Virus record (IMG/VR): IMGVR_UViG_3300016665_000375
Span: 1 to 24,003 of that record
Source of the DNA: a virus
Taxonomy: Duplodnaviria; Caudoviricetes
Direction: 5' to 3' (one strand)
DNA: 24,003 nt
This document shows, in pieces, positions 16,890-23,459 of the stretch. Position 1 is the stretch's first letter; every line of letters starts with the position of its first letter. The notes under the pieces are model-generated. The model searched no databases. It was not told the DNA's origin and saw nothing but the letters and a program-made list of their open reading frames with translations. A program made the translations under genes and the position numbers.

Positions 16890-17179
16890 CGCTTCCCCCA
16901 GTAGTTGTGAAATAAAATGTAAAAGAGCGCATCTTCCAACTGATATATGGCCCGGTGGCTTATGTCGATCCCCCGCTCCTCACACACAGCATGAAGTATT
17001 TCATGAATGACGCTTTTTATCTCCTGCTTTTCACTCTGACCCTTCTTTAGCGCAATCTGCCGCACATCAAAGCGGCACTCGCCTAGCGTATCAGGCACTG
17101 AGAAATCCTCCACCCATACCACCTCGTACACCGTCTTGTTCTTGACTTTAATACGCGGTGGGATCTTGGGCAGCTTCAT
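16886..17179 (-). CDS. Small HExxH metallopeptidase-like protein
   Basis: Start set to ATG 17179 (ATGA overlap); LGEC....QI.L and IHEILHA motifs. Confidence 0.75.
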   Translation of the reverse strand: MKLPKIPPRIKVKNKTVYEVVWVEDFSVPDTLGECRFDVRQIALKKGQSEKQEIKSVIHEILHAVCEERGIDISHRAIYQLEDALFYILFHNYWGKR

Positions 17180-17415
17180 TTCTTCACAGACTTCTTCGCT
17201 ACACAGTTCCATTTGGCGCGGCTAAGCCGCAGCGGACTGTTCGGATCTTTCGCCGCCTTCGGGTGCTTTAACATCTGCCCCCAAGATCTAGCGCAATAAG
17301 AGTCTCCACGGCTAGTTCCTGGAGCAATCGAATACCCCTTCGCCCCATATCTGACTGTACGCTCCCGCCCCGTATCTGGATCGGTAATAGTCTTGCTAAA
17401 CTTCTTCTCGGCCAT
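17176..17415 (-). CDS. Basic phage protein, DUF6321-like
   Basis: R..SYCARS.G......AKDPNS....SR..WNC motif. Confidence 0.7.
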   Translation of the reverse strand: MAEKKFSKTITDPDTGRERTVRYGAKGYSIAPGTSRGDSYCARSWGQMLKHPKAAKDPNSPLRLSRAKWNCVAKKSVKK

Positions 17416-17423
17416 CGCTCCCC

Positions 17424-17543
17424 CTAACTAATGAGCAGTCTGATCAGCAGGATCTCTCCTAGCTTCATCGCAGCTCCAAAGATCATCCCGCAAACAATCA
17501 ACTCAACCTTGCCTATCTCAATCTTCACCTTCTGTGCTTCCAT
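17424..17543 (-). CDS. 39-aa hydrophobic peptide
   Basis: MEAQKVKIEIGKVELIVCGMIFGAAMKLGEILLIRLLIS; G-rich RBS; not in ORF track. Confidence 0.55.
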   Translation of the reverse strand: MEAQKVKIEIGKVELIVCGMIFGAAMKLGEILLIRLLIS

Positions 17544-17590
17544 AGGTTCCCCCCCTACTACAAGTCTAAAGGCTCGGTGGTTTTTGCCCA

Positions 17591-17761
17591 CTACTTTTTC
17601 TTCTTAGTCTGCTCCAACACTTCCATAAAGCCAAGCAAACACAGCATCTCCAAGTGCGCTTCGATGCGAGACTGCATATAGAAGTCCGCCTTCAGGTTCT
17701 CCCGCTCTGCGTCAATACTTTCCAACTTCTCCATGTACGCCTTGATTCTCTCTTCAATCAC
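17591..17761 (-). CDS. 56-aa hypothetical protein
   Basis: GTG start after GGAGG; MIEERIKAYMEKLESIDAERENLK...; not in ORF track. Confidence 0.6.
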   Translation of the reverse strand: MIEERIKAYMEKLESIDAERENLKADFYMQSRIEAHLEMLCLLGFMEVLEQTKKKK

Positions 17762-17957
17762 AGCTTGCCAACCTCCATATTTTTACACTATACCCGCCCT
17801 CAATCTCTTCCCTTACCGGACTAATCGAAGTGCAGTACCCCTCTGTAGGCCAATCCCTCAAATACCGCGCCGCAGCTTGCTCCACCGCTTCACGAGTCAC
17901 CCCTGTTATATACGCTGTTACCGATGATCCACTAGCCATCTCTTTGAATTCCGTCAT
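17754..17957 (-). CDS. Hypothetical protein, possibly leaderless
   Basis: 67 aa from ATG 17957; no SD; ATG lies 6 nt after a -10-like TACCTT. Confidence 0.65.
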   Translation of the reverse strand: MTEFKEMASGSSVTAYITGVTREAVEQAAARYLRDWPTEGYCTSISPVREEIEGGYSVKIWRLASCD

Positions 17958-17963
17958 AGTCAA

Positions 17964-17991
17964 AAGGTACGCTAGTTCTGCGAGACTTCAA
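17964..17991 (-). promoter_or_regulatory. sigma70-like promoter for the leftward middle operon
   Basis: TTGAAG-16 nt-TACCTT directly after the sRNA terminator. Confidence 0.4.
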
Positions 17992-17992
17992 G

Positions 17993-18067
17993 AAAAAACG
18001 GAGAGGAAGATCCCTCTTCCCCTCCGCCTGACGTTCAGAGGACTAATTCTGAAGCAGCGAACGCTGC
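17993..18067 (-). ncRNA. Candidate ~75-nt anti-RBS small RNA
   Basis: Three hairpins: GCAGC-GUUC-GCUGC; UUCAGA-AUUAGUCC-UCUGAA; 12-bp terminator CGGAGGGGAAGA-GGGA-UCUUCCUCUCCG then U6. Promoter immediately upstream. Confidence 0.7.
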
Positions 18068-18073
18068 ACCTCC

Positions 18074-18102
18074 AATGTAAAAATTTAATTGCCTTTGCAC
18101 AA
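18074..18102 (-). promoter_or_regulatory. sigma70-like promoter of the small RNA
   Basis: TTGTGC-17 nt-TACATT; +1 falls at about G18067, the first base of hairpin 1. Confidence 0.6.
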
Positions 18103-18118
18103 CTGTTTTCTGTACGCT
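18089..18118 (+). promoter_or_regulatory. Possible sigma70-like promoter for primase-helicase
   Basis: TTGCCT-18 nt-TACGCT, overlapping the divergent promoter. Confidence 0.4.
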
Positions 18119-18156
18119 GAGAAAGAATTACATCGGACGGAGAGGACTAACACCAC

Positions 18157-20469
18157 ATGACACTCAAAAACTATATCGTACCTTCACTCAATTCGCCTTT
18201 GTCTAAAGGCCATATCCAGGCATCCGACCTGCTGTCAAAGATTCAAAACTACAGCGGCTCGGAGGGTTACTACTGCCTATTTGACCTCGAACCCCGCGAC
18301 TCCTTCCAAGGCTACCGAGGCTTCCACACCCCGGCCCTTGGCTACTACGTCCTCGACTTCGACCACTCCGAAGACGTAGCCCTTGCTCGCACCGACTGCC
18401 TCGCCACCATCGCGGCTCTGGGGCTTGAACAGAACACCTACAAAGTCTATTTCTCCGGCTCCAAGGGCTTCCACCTCTACATCCGCCAAGAGTTCTTCGC
18501 GCTCACCCCAAGCGAGACCACCGCAAAAGACTTCGAGCGCCTCATCGTACAATTCGCCGCCACCAACAACATCTCCACCCTGGACGACTCGATCTATTCG
18601 GCCAACCACAAGTTCCGCCTCCCCAACTCAAAACACCCAAAAACAGGCCTCTACAAAGTAGAACTGACCCGCGAGCAAGTAGAAACCCTCTCCATCGATG
18701 AGATTAAAAACTTAGCCAAGTCACCATGTGGGGTGAGTCTGTCCGAGTACGTTACTCCGAGCACAAGGTATGCTCGGGGTAGCGTCTCGGTTAACCCTTC
18801 AGGCTCGGTGGGTTTGAGCCTCGCCTCCTACGGCCTGGACCTTACCCCCGAACCAAACACCTTCGCCACCTTCAAAGGAAAGCCCTGCATCCAGTCAATG
18901 GAAACAGGCAAGCACAAAGAAGGGATGCGCCATGAAGTAGCCCTCACTCTTATCTCCGAGTACTTCCACCGAGGCGAGGCCCAAGACACCACCGAGGCGA
19001 TGATTCGGGGGTTCTGCGAAACCAACCAAATCATGGACCGCTTCGAGCGTGACTACCTCCGAGCCATCCGAGACGCTTACTCCGGCAAAGCCGCCTACTC
19101 CTACGGATGCTACTCCAAGATCAAACAAAAGTTTTGCTCCGGGACCTGTAAGCTGTATACTAGCCTCAACCCAAGCAAGCGAGCTCAAGTCCTAGATGCT
19201 CCAACAAGTTTACCGTCCGCACCACACACAACCTCCCCCGAGCCAACCATGACGGACGGCTCGGGGGGTTCTCCAATCTTCCCAGATACCGCAAAGAAGG
19301 GGCCTCTCGCCACCATCGGAAACATCAAAGCCCTGCTCGATTTCTACAACATCCAGGTCGGCTACAACCTCATCAAAAAAGACATCGAAATACGCATCCC
19401 CGAGCTAGAACTACTAAAAGACAACGCAAAGTCCAACGCCCTGATCCACATAGTCTCGCTTGCCAATAGCCACCGACTCCCAAGAGGCGGTGTCGAAGAA
19501 TTCGTCGAATACTTAGCCTCCGATAATCCCTTCAATCCTGCGGTTCGGTGGATTACAAGCCAGCCCTGGGACGGAGTCAGTCGGCTTGGAGCGTTCTACA
19601 ACACCATCACCGGAGCAAAAGACTCTGTTAAGGAGAGTAAGCAGCTCAAAGAGACGCTCATGCGGAAGTGGATGCTCTCCGCTGTAGCCGCTGCATTCAG
19701 TCCTAACGGCTCGGCGGGTTCAGGCATTCTAGTTCTGCAGGGCGCTCAATACATGGGAAAGACTAAGTGGTTCAAAGAACTCGTCCCAGCCGAACTTGAA
19801 ATCACCAAAGACGGCATGATGCTTGACCCAAAAGATAAGGATAGCGTCTATCAGTGCGTGACCAACTGGCTCGTCGAACTAGGTGAAGTAGATGCCACCT
19901 TCAGGAAGGCAGACATAGCCCACCTAAAAGCCTTCCTCACCAAGGATACGGACGTTCTGAGGCTTGCCTATAGCCGTAAAACCTCCGAGTTCGCCCGTAG
20001 AACCGTTTTCTTTGCGTCTGTGAACCAGGAGGACTACCTCTCTGACCCCACCGGAAACAGGCGTTTCTGGACGATTGAGTGTAGCGCCATCAACCATACC
20101 CACGGGCTCCCCATGCAACAGGTTTGGGCCGAAGTCTATGAGCTGTGGAAGAGCGGAGAAAGCCACTACCTGACCACCGAAGAGATGGTAGCCCTCAACA
20201 AACACAACGAAAACTATCAGGTTAAGGATGCGTTTGAAGAACTGTTCCTTGAGCGGTTCGATCTTGAGAGTTCAAACACTGTGTTCATGCCTACAGGGGA
20301 GATCCTCAAGCACTTGGGGATCAACTCCCCAACCTCAAGGGACTTCTCAAGACTTAAAGCAGTGCTTAAGAATCTGAACATCCCAGTCCACAAGCGGGTG
20401 GGCGTGAGAGGGTATTTCGTTTGTGCCGTTCTAAATCCTAAAGACCGATTCGAAGAAGCGCAGTTCTAA
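18157..20469 (+). CDS. AEP primase - Cys-rich domain - VapE/VirE-type helicase fusion
   Basis: AEP motifs VLDFD, FSGSKGFH, D.SIY....FRLPNS.H; Cys domain PCI...YGC...FCSGTC; VapE motifs GAQYMGKT, WLVELGE, D.LR.AY, DPTGNRRFW. Confidence 0.9.
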   Translation: MTLKNYIVPSLNSPLSKGHIQASDLLSKIQNYSGSEGYYCLFDLEPRDSFQGYRGFHTPALGYYVLDFDHSEDVALARTDCLATIAALGLEQNTYKVYFSGSKGFHLYIRQEFFALTPSETTAKDFERLIVQFAATNNISTLDDSIYSANHKFRLPNSKHPKTGLYKVELTREQVETLSIDEIKNLAKSPCGVSLSEYVTPSTRYARGSVSVNPSGSVGLSLASYGLDLTPEPNTFATFKGKPCIQSMETGKHKEGMRHEVALTLISEYFHRGEAQDTTEAMIRGFCETNQIMDRFERDYLRAIRDAYSGKAAYSYGCYSKIKQKFCSGTCKLYTSLNPSKRAQVLDAPTSLPSAPHTTSPEPTMTDGSGGSPIFPDTAKKGPLATIGNIKALLDFYNIQVGYNLIKKDIEIRIPELELLKDNAKSNALIHIVSLANSHRLPRGGVEEFVEYLASDNPFNPAVRWITSQPWDGVSRLGAFYNTITGAKDSVKESKQLKETLMRKWMLSAVAAAFSPNGSAGSGILVLQGAQYMGKTKWFKELVPAELEITKDGMMLDPKDKDSVYQCVTNWLVELGEVDATFRKADIAHLKAFLTKDTDVLRLAYSRKTSEFARRTVFFASVNQEDYLSDPTGNRRFWTIECSAINHTHGLPMQQVWAEVYELWKSGESHYLTTEEMVALNKHNENYQVKDAFEELFLERFDLESSNTVFMPTGEILKHLGINSPTSRDFSRLKAVLKNLNIPVHKRVGVRGYFVCAVLNPKDRFEEAQF

Positions 20470-20500
20470 TAGCGCGTATCCTTTGTGCGTAGGAGTGTGG

Positions 20501-20544
20501 AGCCCCTGGATCACCTGAGCGGTGGTTCGGGGGTTTTTCGTTTT
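20501..20544 (+). terminator. Intrinsic terminator after primase-helicase
   Basis: AGCCCCTGGATCAC...GTGGTTCGGGGGTT followed by TTTCGTTTT. Confidence 0.75.
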
Positions 20545-20553
20545 GAGGCTGAG

Positions 20554-20863
20554 TTGGGGCCGCTGGGGCCGCTTGGGGCACTGAAATTTTGACTACTCGG
20601 CCCCAAGAAAACCTAATGCTTACACCCCCTTATACTACTTGGGGCCGTTGGGGCACTATATATATATAACATTATGAATTATATATAGAGGGGGGTATAG
20701 ACCGCACCCTAGAGGGGGGCACACGCAATTCTGGGAAGTTCGGGAAAAGTGCTGCCCCAAGTGCCCCAAGTGCCCCAAAATGAGTTAAGTTATTGTTTGT
20801 ACAATTAAATTCTTGGGGCCGAGCAGTGCCCCAAGTGCCCCAGTTGGGGCCGTATAGTCAAAA
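20554..20863. repeat. Putative replication origin: iteron array around an AT-rich core
   Basis: 13 copies of TGGGGC/GCCCCA (7 forward, 6 reverse), clustered at 9-10 bp period, around a (TA)n core at 20656-20688. Confidence 0.75.
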
Positions 20864-20867
20864 CTAT

Positions 20868-21272
20868 TTACAACCTAAGTACTTTAATCAAGGCTTCCTC
20901 AAGAGAAGTTGAAGAAGGGCGCGGGAGTTCCGGTGGGCGCGGGGAGTCCGACTCAAGAGGGATCTCTGGTGCGGGAATGATCGGAATAGGAGCTTCCTCT
21001 ATAGACGCATCCTTTGCGCGCGGGAGCTTCCCCAGGAGAGACCCTAGGTCTAGGACTGTCTTGTCCCGGCCCTTCCTAGCCTCAATGTGGAGCTCGTATC
21101 CAAGCGCGGTGAGGATGTCCGCTAATCGCCGAACCGTTGGCGTAACCTCTCCCCGCTCAATGTTAGAGATCGGCCCTTGATAGGCTCCCCCGCCTCGAAT
21201 GCCTGAGAGGATCTCGGCAAGGGCTATCTGACTAATACCTGACTCTTTTCTAAGGTCTCGTAGTGTTTTCAT
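20868..21272 (-). CDS. XRE-family HTH regulator with Pro-rich C-tail
   Basis: LRDLRKESGISQIALA...ISNIERGEVTPTV..L..I..ALG; second ATG (21272) fits the AAGGA RBS. Confidence 0.9.
   Translation of the reverse strand: MKTLRDLRKESGISQIALAEILSGIRGGGAYQGPISNIERGEVTPTVRRLADILTALGYELHIEARKGRDKTVLDLGSLLGKLPRAKDASIEEAPIPIIPAPEIPLESDSPRPPELPRPSSTSLEEALIKVLRL
21007..21020. promoter_or_regulatory. Repeated dyad motif GCATCCTTTGCGCG (copy inside the XRE gene)
   Basis: Identical to copies at 21275 and 22649. Confidence 0.55.
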
Positions 21273-21274
21273 GT

Positions 21275-21288
21275 GCATCCTTTGCGCG
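21275..21288. promoter_or_regulatory. Repeated dyad motif GCATCCTTTGCGCG over the XRE gene RBS
   Basis: Exact 14-bp repeat. Confidence 0.6.
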
Positions 21289-21292
21289 TGGG

Positions 21293-21616
21293 TTATTCGA
21301 GCCAGAAGCGATTAGCCTTGGCCATGTCCCAAGCGGTGTTCCACAGTTCAGAGTCGGCTTCGTGCTTGGCCAGTAGTTCTGGCGTTTCGTTCCCCTCGTC
21401 ATCGCATGAATGAGTGAAGCCTCTACCTAGAACGACATGGAAAGCCTCGTCCATTGCCATGTTAGAATCGCAGTGGTTCCCAGTAGCACAGCACCCCTCG
21501 TAGGTAGTGCCCTTGTAGGACTCATTGAGCGCGATTACTTCGCGCATAGTGGACTCTCCGAGCCACTCGTAAACGATTCTTGAAAACACCCGCGCCAGTT
21601 GTTCTGTCGTGTTCAT
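21293..21616 (-). CDS. Hypothetical early-type protein
   Basis: 107 aa, CCAT..HCDSNMAM segment; ATGA coupled, GAGAGG RBS. Confidence 0.75.
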   Translation of the reverse strand: MNTTEQLARVFSRIVYEWLGESTMREVIALNESYKGTTYEGCCATGNHCDSNMAMDEAFHVVLGRGFTHSCDDEGNETPELLAKHEADSELWNTAWDMAKANRFWLE

Positions 21617-21903
21617 GCTAACCTCTCTTTGAAAAACTCAATAACCTCGTCGACTGATAGCCCATCAATCGAGTCTTCTGGGCAGTTGAAATTGGAAATA
21701 AGCCATTTTTCAGGATTCAGGACTGACGACTCATCGCCGAAAATGACATTCTCCGCATCGCCCGAAGGATAGACTGCGAAGTCTTCAACTTTAGGATGCC
21801 CCATGCTACCTAGAGCGTCATTTTTCCATGAGTAGTCCACTAGCCCGAACTCCAAAAACTTCTCTGGTATCCTTGTCTTGACTGGATGATTTAAATATTT
21901 CAT
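21613..21903 (-). CDS. Hypothetical early-type protein
   Basis: 96 aa, ATGA coupled, AAGGA RBS. Confidence 0.75.
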   Translation of the reverse strand: MKYLNHPVKTRIPEKFLEFGLVDYSWKNDALGSMGHPKVEDFAVYPSGDAENVIFGDESSVLNPEKWLISNFNCPEDSIDGLSVDEVIEFFKERLA

Positions 21904-22088
21904 GACTGTTTTTCCTTTATTTCGGCGTTAATATACTCAATTAAAATTTTTTCGAGTTTATAATACTCATTTCCTGAAAAATAAACTGAGGCAAAATCTC
22001 CATGCTTCACGCCGATTTCATCCTGAATAAATTTTAAAGCGATGTTGATTGCATCTTCAGTTATTGATTCGATTTGTTTTTTATTCAT
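21900..22088 (-). CDS. Hypothetical early-type protein
   Basis: Start set to ATG 22088 after AAGAGG; 62 aa; AT-rich. Confidence 0.7.
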   Translation of the reverse strand: MNKKQIESITEDAINIALKFIQDEIGVKHGDFASVYFSGNEYYKLEKILIEYINAEIKEKQS

Positions 22089-22089
22089 A

Positions 22090-22302
22090 TTATCCTCTTT
22101 TTGCTTCATGTATTTCTGCAATGCACTGCTTGCAGTTTACTTTTTCATTGTCGAAGGAGCGTTTCGCCCCTCCGTAGATTCTCCTCACCCGCCCATCGAC
22201 TGTTATGTTCATGCCATTATCACCGCACAGTGAAACCGATCCGGAGAATGGTTTTTTGACTGCCTTATGTATAGTTCCTGAGTCATCCTTTAGCTGTTCC
22301 AT
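22090..22302 (-). CDS. Hypothetical protein, possible Zn-binding (H, C, CxxC)
   Basis: 70 aa, IH...LCG...VNCKQC; AGGTG RBS. Confidence 0.65.
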   Translation of the reverse strand: MEQLKDDSGTIHKAVKKPFSGSVSLCGDNGMNITVDGRVRRIYGGAKRSFDNEKVNCKQCIAEIHEAKRG

Positions 22303-22324
22303 GTGTTCACCTATCCTTTCCGCG

Positions 22325-22612
22325 TTAGTCTTTTTTTACTTCAACTTGAATCCCGTCGATAAAAGCGAAAAGCAAGCTTTGCAATTCCCTTTTCGACACA
22401 TACCCGCATCGCAAAACGTCATGTGTTCCCGTGCCTTCATCGCACATTTGGTGTAGTGTTACTCCACCATAGGCAAAACTTAGATGATAATTCCCAGCTT
22501 GAGGTTCAAGCTTGCCTTCAGCATTTCGCACATAGGCCATTTCGGGATTTCCCGTCATTCGATTGATGCGTGTTACAATATTTTCCAAATCTTTTTCAGT
22601 TACTCTTTTCAT
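22325..22612 (-). CDS. Hypothetical early-type protein
   Basis: 95 aa, R.T.K.L...V.RIN...G.YHLS.AYGG..L pattern. Confidence 0.8.
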   Translation of the reverse strand: MKRVTEKDLENIVTRINRMTGNPEMAYVRNAEGKLEPQAGNYHLSFAYGGVTLHQMCDEGTGTHDVLRCGYVSKRELQSLLFAFIDGIQVEVKKD

Positions 22613-22648
22613 AGTATATTCTCTTTCTTTGTTTGGTTGTTTCCTCGC

Positions 22649-22662
22649 GCATCCTTTGCGCG
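22649..22662. promoter_or_regulatory. Repeated dyad motif GCATCCTTTGCGCG (intergenic copy)
   Basis: Extends here to the perfect dyad CGCGCA-TCCTT-TGCGCG. Confidence 0.6.
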
Positions 22663-22674
22663 TAGGGAATTGTT

Positions 22675-22733
22675 CCAGGGCGCAGGTCTCCCTGCCCAGG
22701 GAGACTTCCGTCTCACTAGGCTTTGCGTTCTGG
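22675..22733 (-). ncRNA. Unclassified structured intergenic RNA
   Basis: CCAG/CUGG closing stem, GCCUAG/CUGGGC stem, GAGAC-GGAA-GUCUC and AGG-GAGA-CCU GNRA hairpins. Confidence 0.5.
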
Positions 22734-22746
22734 TTTTAAATCTAGG

Positions 22747-23004
22747 TTATTTGAACATTACTTCCAGTTCATTAAACACCGTTAGAGCTGAGTCTAAGTC
22801 TGGATAATCTTTTTCTGTCCACTCTACTCTCGTTTCTGGCAGTAGGTTCACCGTTCTAATCTGATAAACATACTGACCATGTCCGAAGGCTATCGACCAC
22901 AGTTCATGATACCTAGTCGAACTCTCTTCTACTGTATCGATGATCCTAAATGTATGTTGAGCAAGTGGGCGATGTGTTCCAATTCCTGCATAATATCTGT
23001 TCAT
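22747..23004 (-). CDS. Hypothetical early-type protein
   Basis: 85 aa, GGAGAGG RBS. Confidence 0.7.
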   Translation of the reverse strand: MNRYYAGIGTHRPLAQHTFRIIDTVEESSTRYHELWSIAFGHGQYVYQIRTVNLLPETRVEWTEKDYPDLDSALTVFNELEVMFK

Positions 23005-23030
23005 GTAGTCCTCTCCATTCTGATTAGATT

Positions 23031-23084
23031 AGCCTCATCAGTCTCCGCATTACGGAGAGACACTCCTTTCGGAGTGTTTCGGCC
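23031..23084 (-). ncRNA. Type II hammerhead ribozyme
   Basis: GGCC-GAAA-CACUCC(GAAA)GGAGUG-UC-UCUCCG(UAAUG)CGGAGA-CUGAUGA-GGCU: intact core and three helices. Confidence 0.92.
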
Positions 23085-23093
23085 TCTCGTTAT

Positions 23094-23405
23094 TCATTCA
23101 TCATGATCCCGTTTCATAGATGGAAGCACGGCCTCGGCAAGGCGGGCATTCTCCGATGCAGCGATGGCGCGGCCTTCATTCAGTTCGATTTGATGAATCG
23201 CAGTTTCGACCATTGCCCTAGCATCATCGGGTGAGCGGCATACCTCGCTCATATTCACTTCGTCGGCGTTCAGCATCCGGCAAATGGTTTTGGCGGTTTT
23301 TTCGCCCCACACGGCCCCGACCGATTCACTTTTGAATGGGTTCGAGCCATGCCATACGATTATAAAGGTATTTGATTGATAAACTCTTGGGTAATAACTA
23401 AACAT
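23094..23405 (-). CDS. Hypothetical protein, first gene of the leftward early-type operon
   Basis: 103 aa, AAGAGG RBS. Confidence 0.65.
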   Translation of the reverse strand: MFSYYPRVYQSNTFIIVWHGSNPFKSESVGAVWGEKTAKTICRMLNADEVNMSEVCRSPDDARAMVETAIHQIELNEGRAIAASENARLAEAVLPSMKRDHDE

Positions 23406-23459
23406 TTTAGTCCTCTTTCTGTATCTCGTTTCGGCTTCATTGCCTCACACCTTTAGTAA

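Noticed and set aside
18704-18712. Possible slippery site (T AAA AAC) before the primase hairpins
   Set aside because: Not a canonical X XXY YYZ heptamer, and the ORF is continuous without a shift.
337-20205. Many alternate-frame and antisense ORFs in the track (e.g. 2865-3344 -, 7028-7474 -, 9226-9570 +, 18277-18609 -)
   Set aside because: They lie within well-supported genes and show no recognisable motifs; shadow ORFs.
20554-20863. CRISPR array interpretation of the repeats
   Set aside because: Units are 6-10 bp, in mixed orientation, with no regular spacers and no cas genes.
22716-22730. c-di-GMP-I riboswitch, suggested by ACGCAAAGCC
   Set aside because: The upstream GGCAAA...GAAA...GG hairpin and closing stem are missing.
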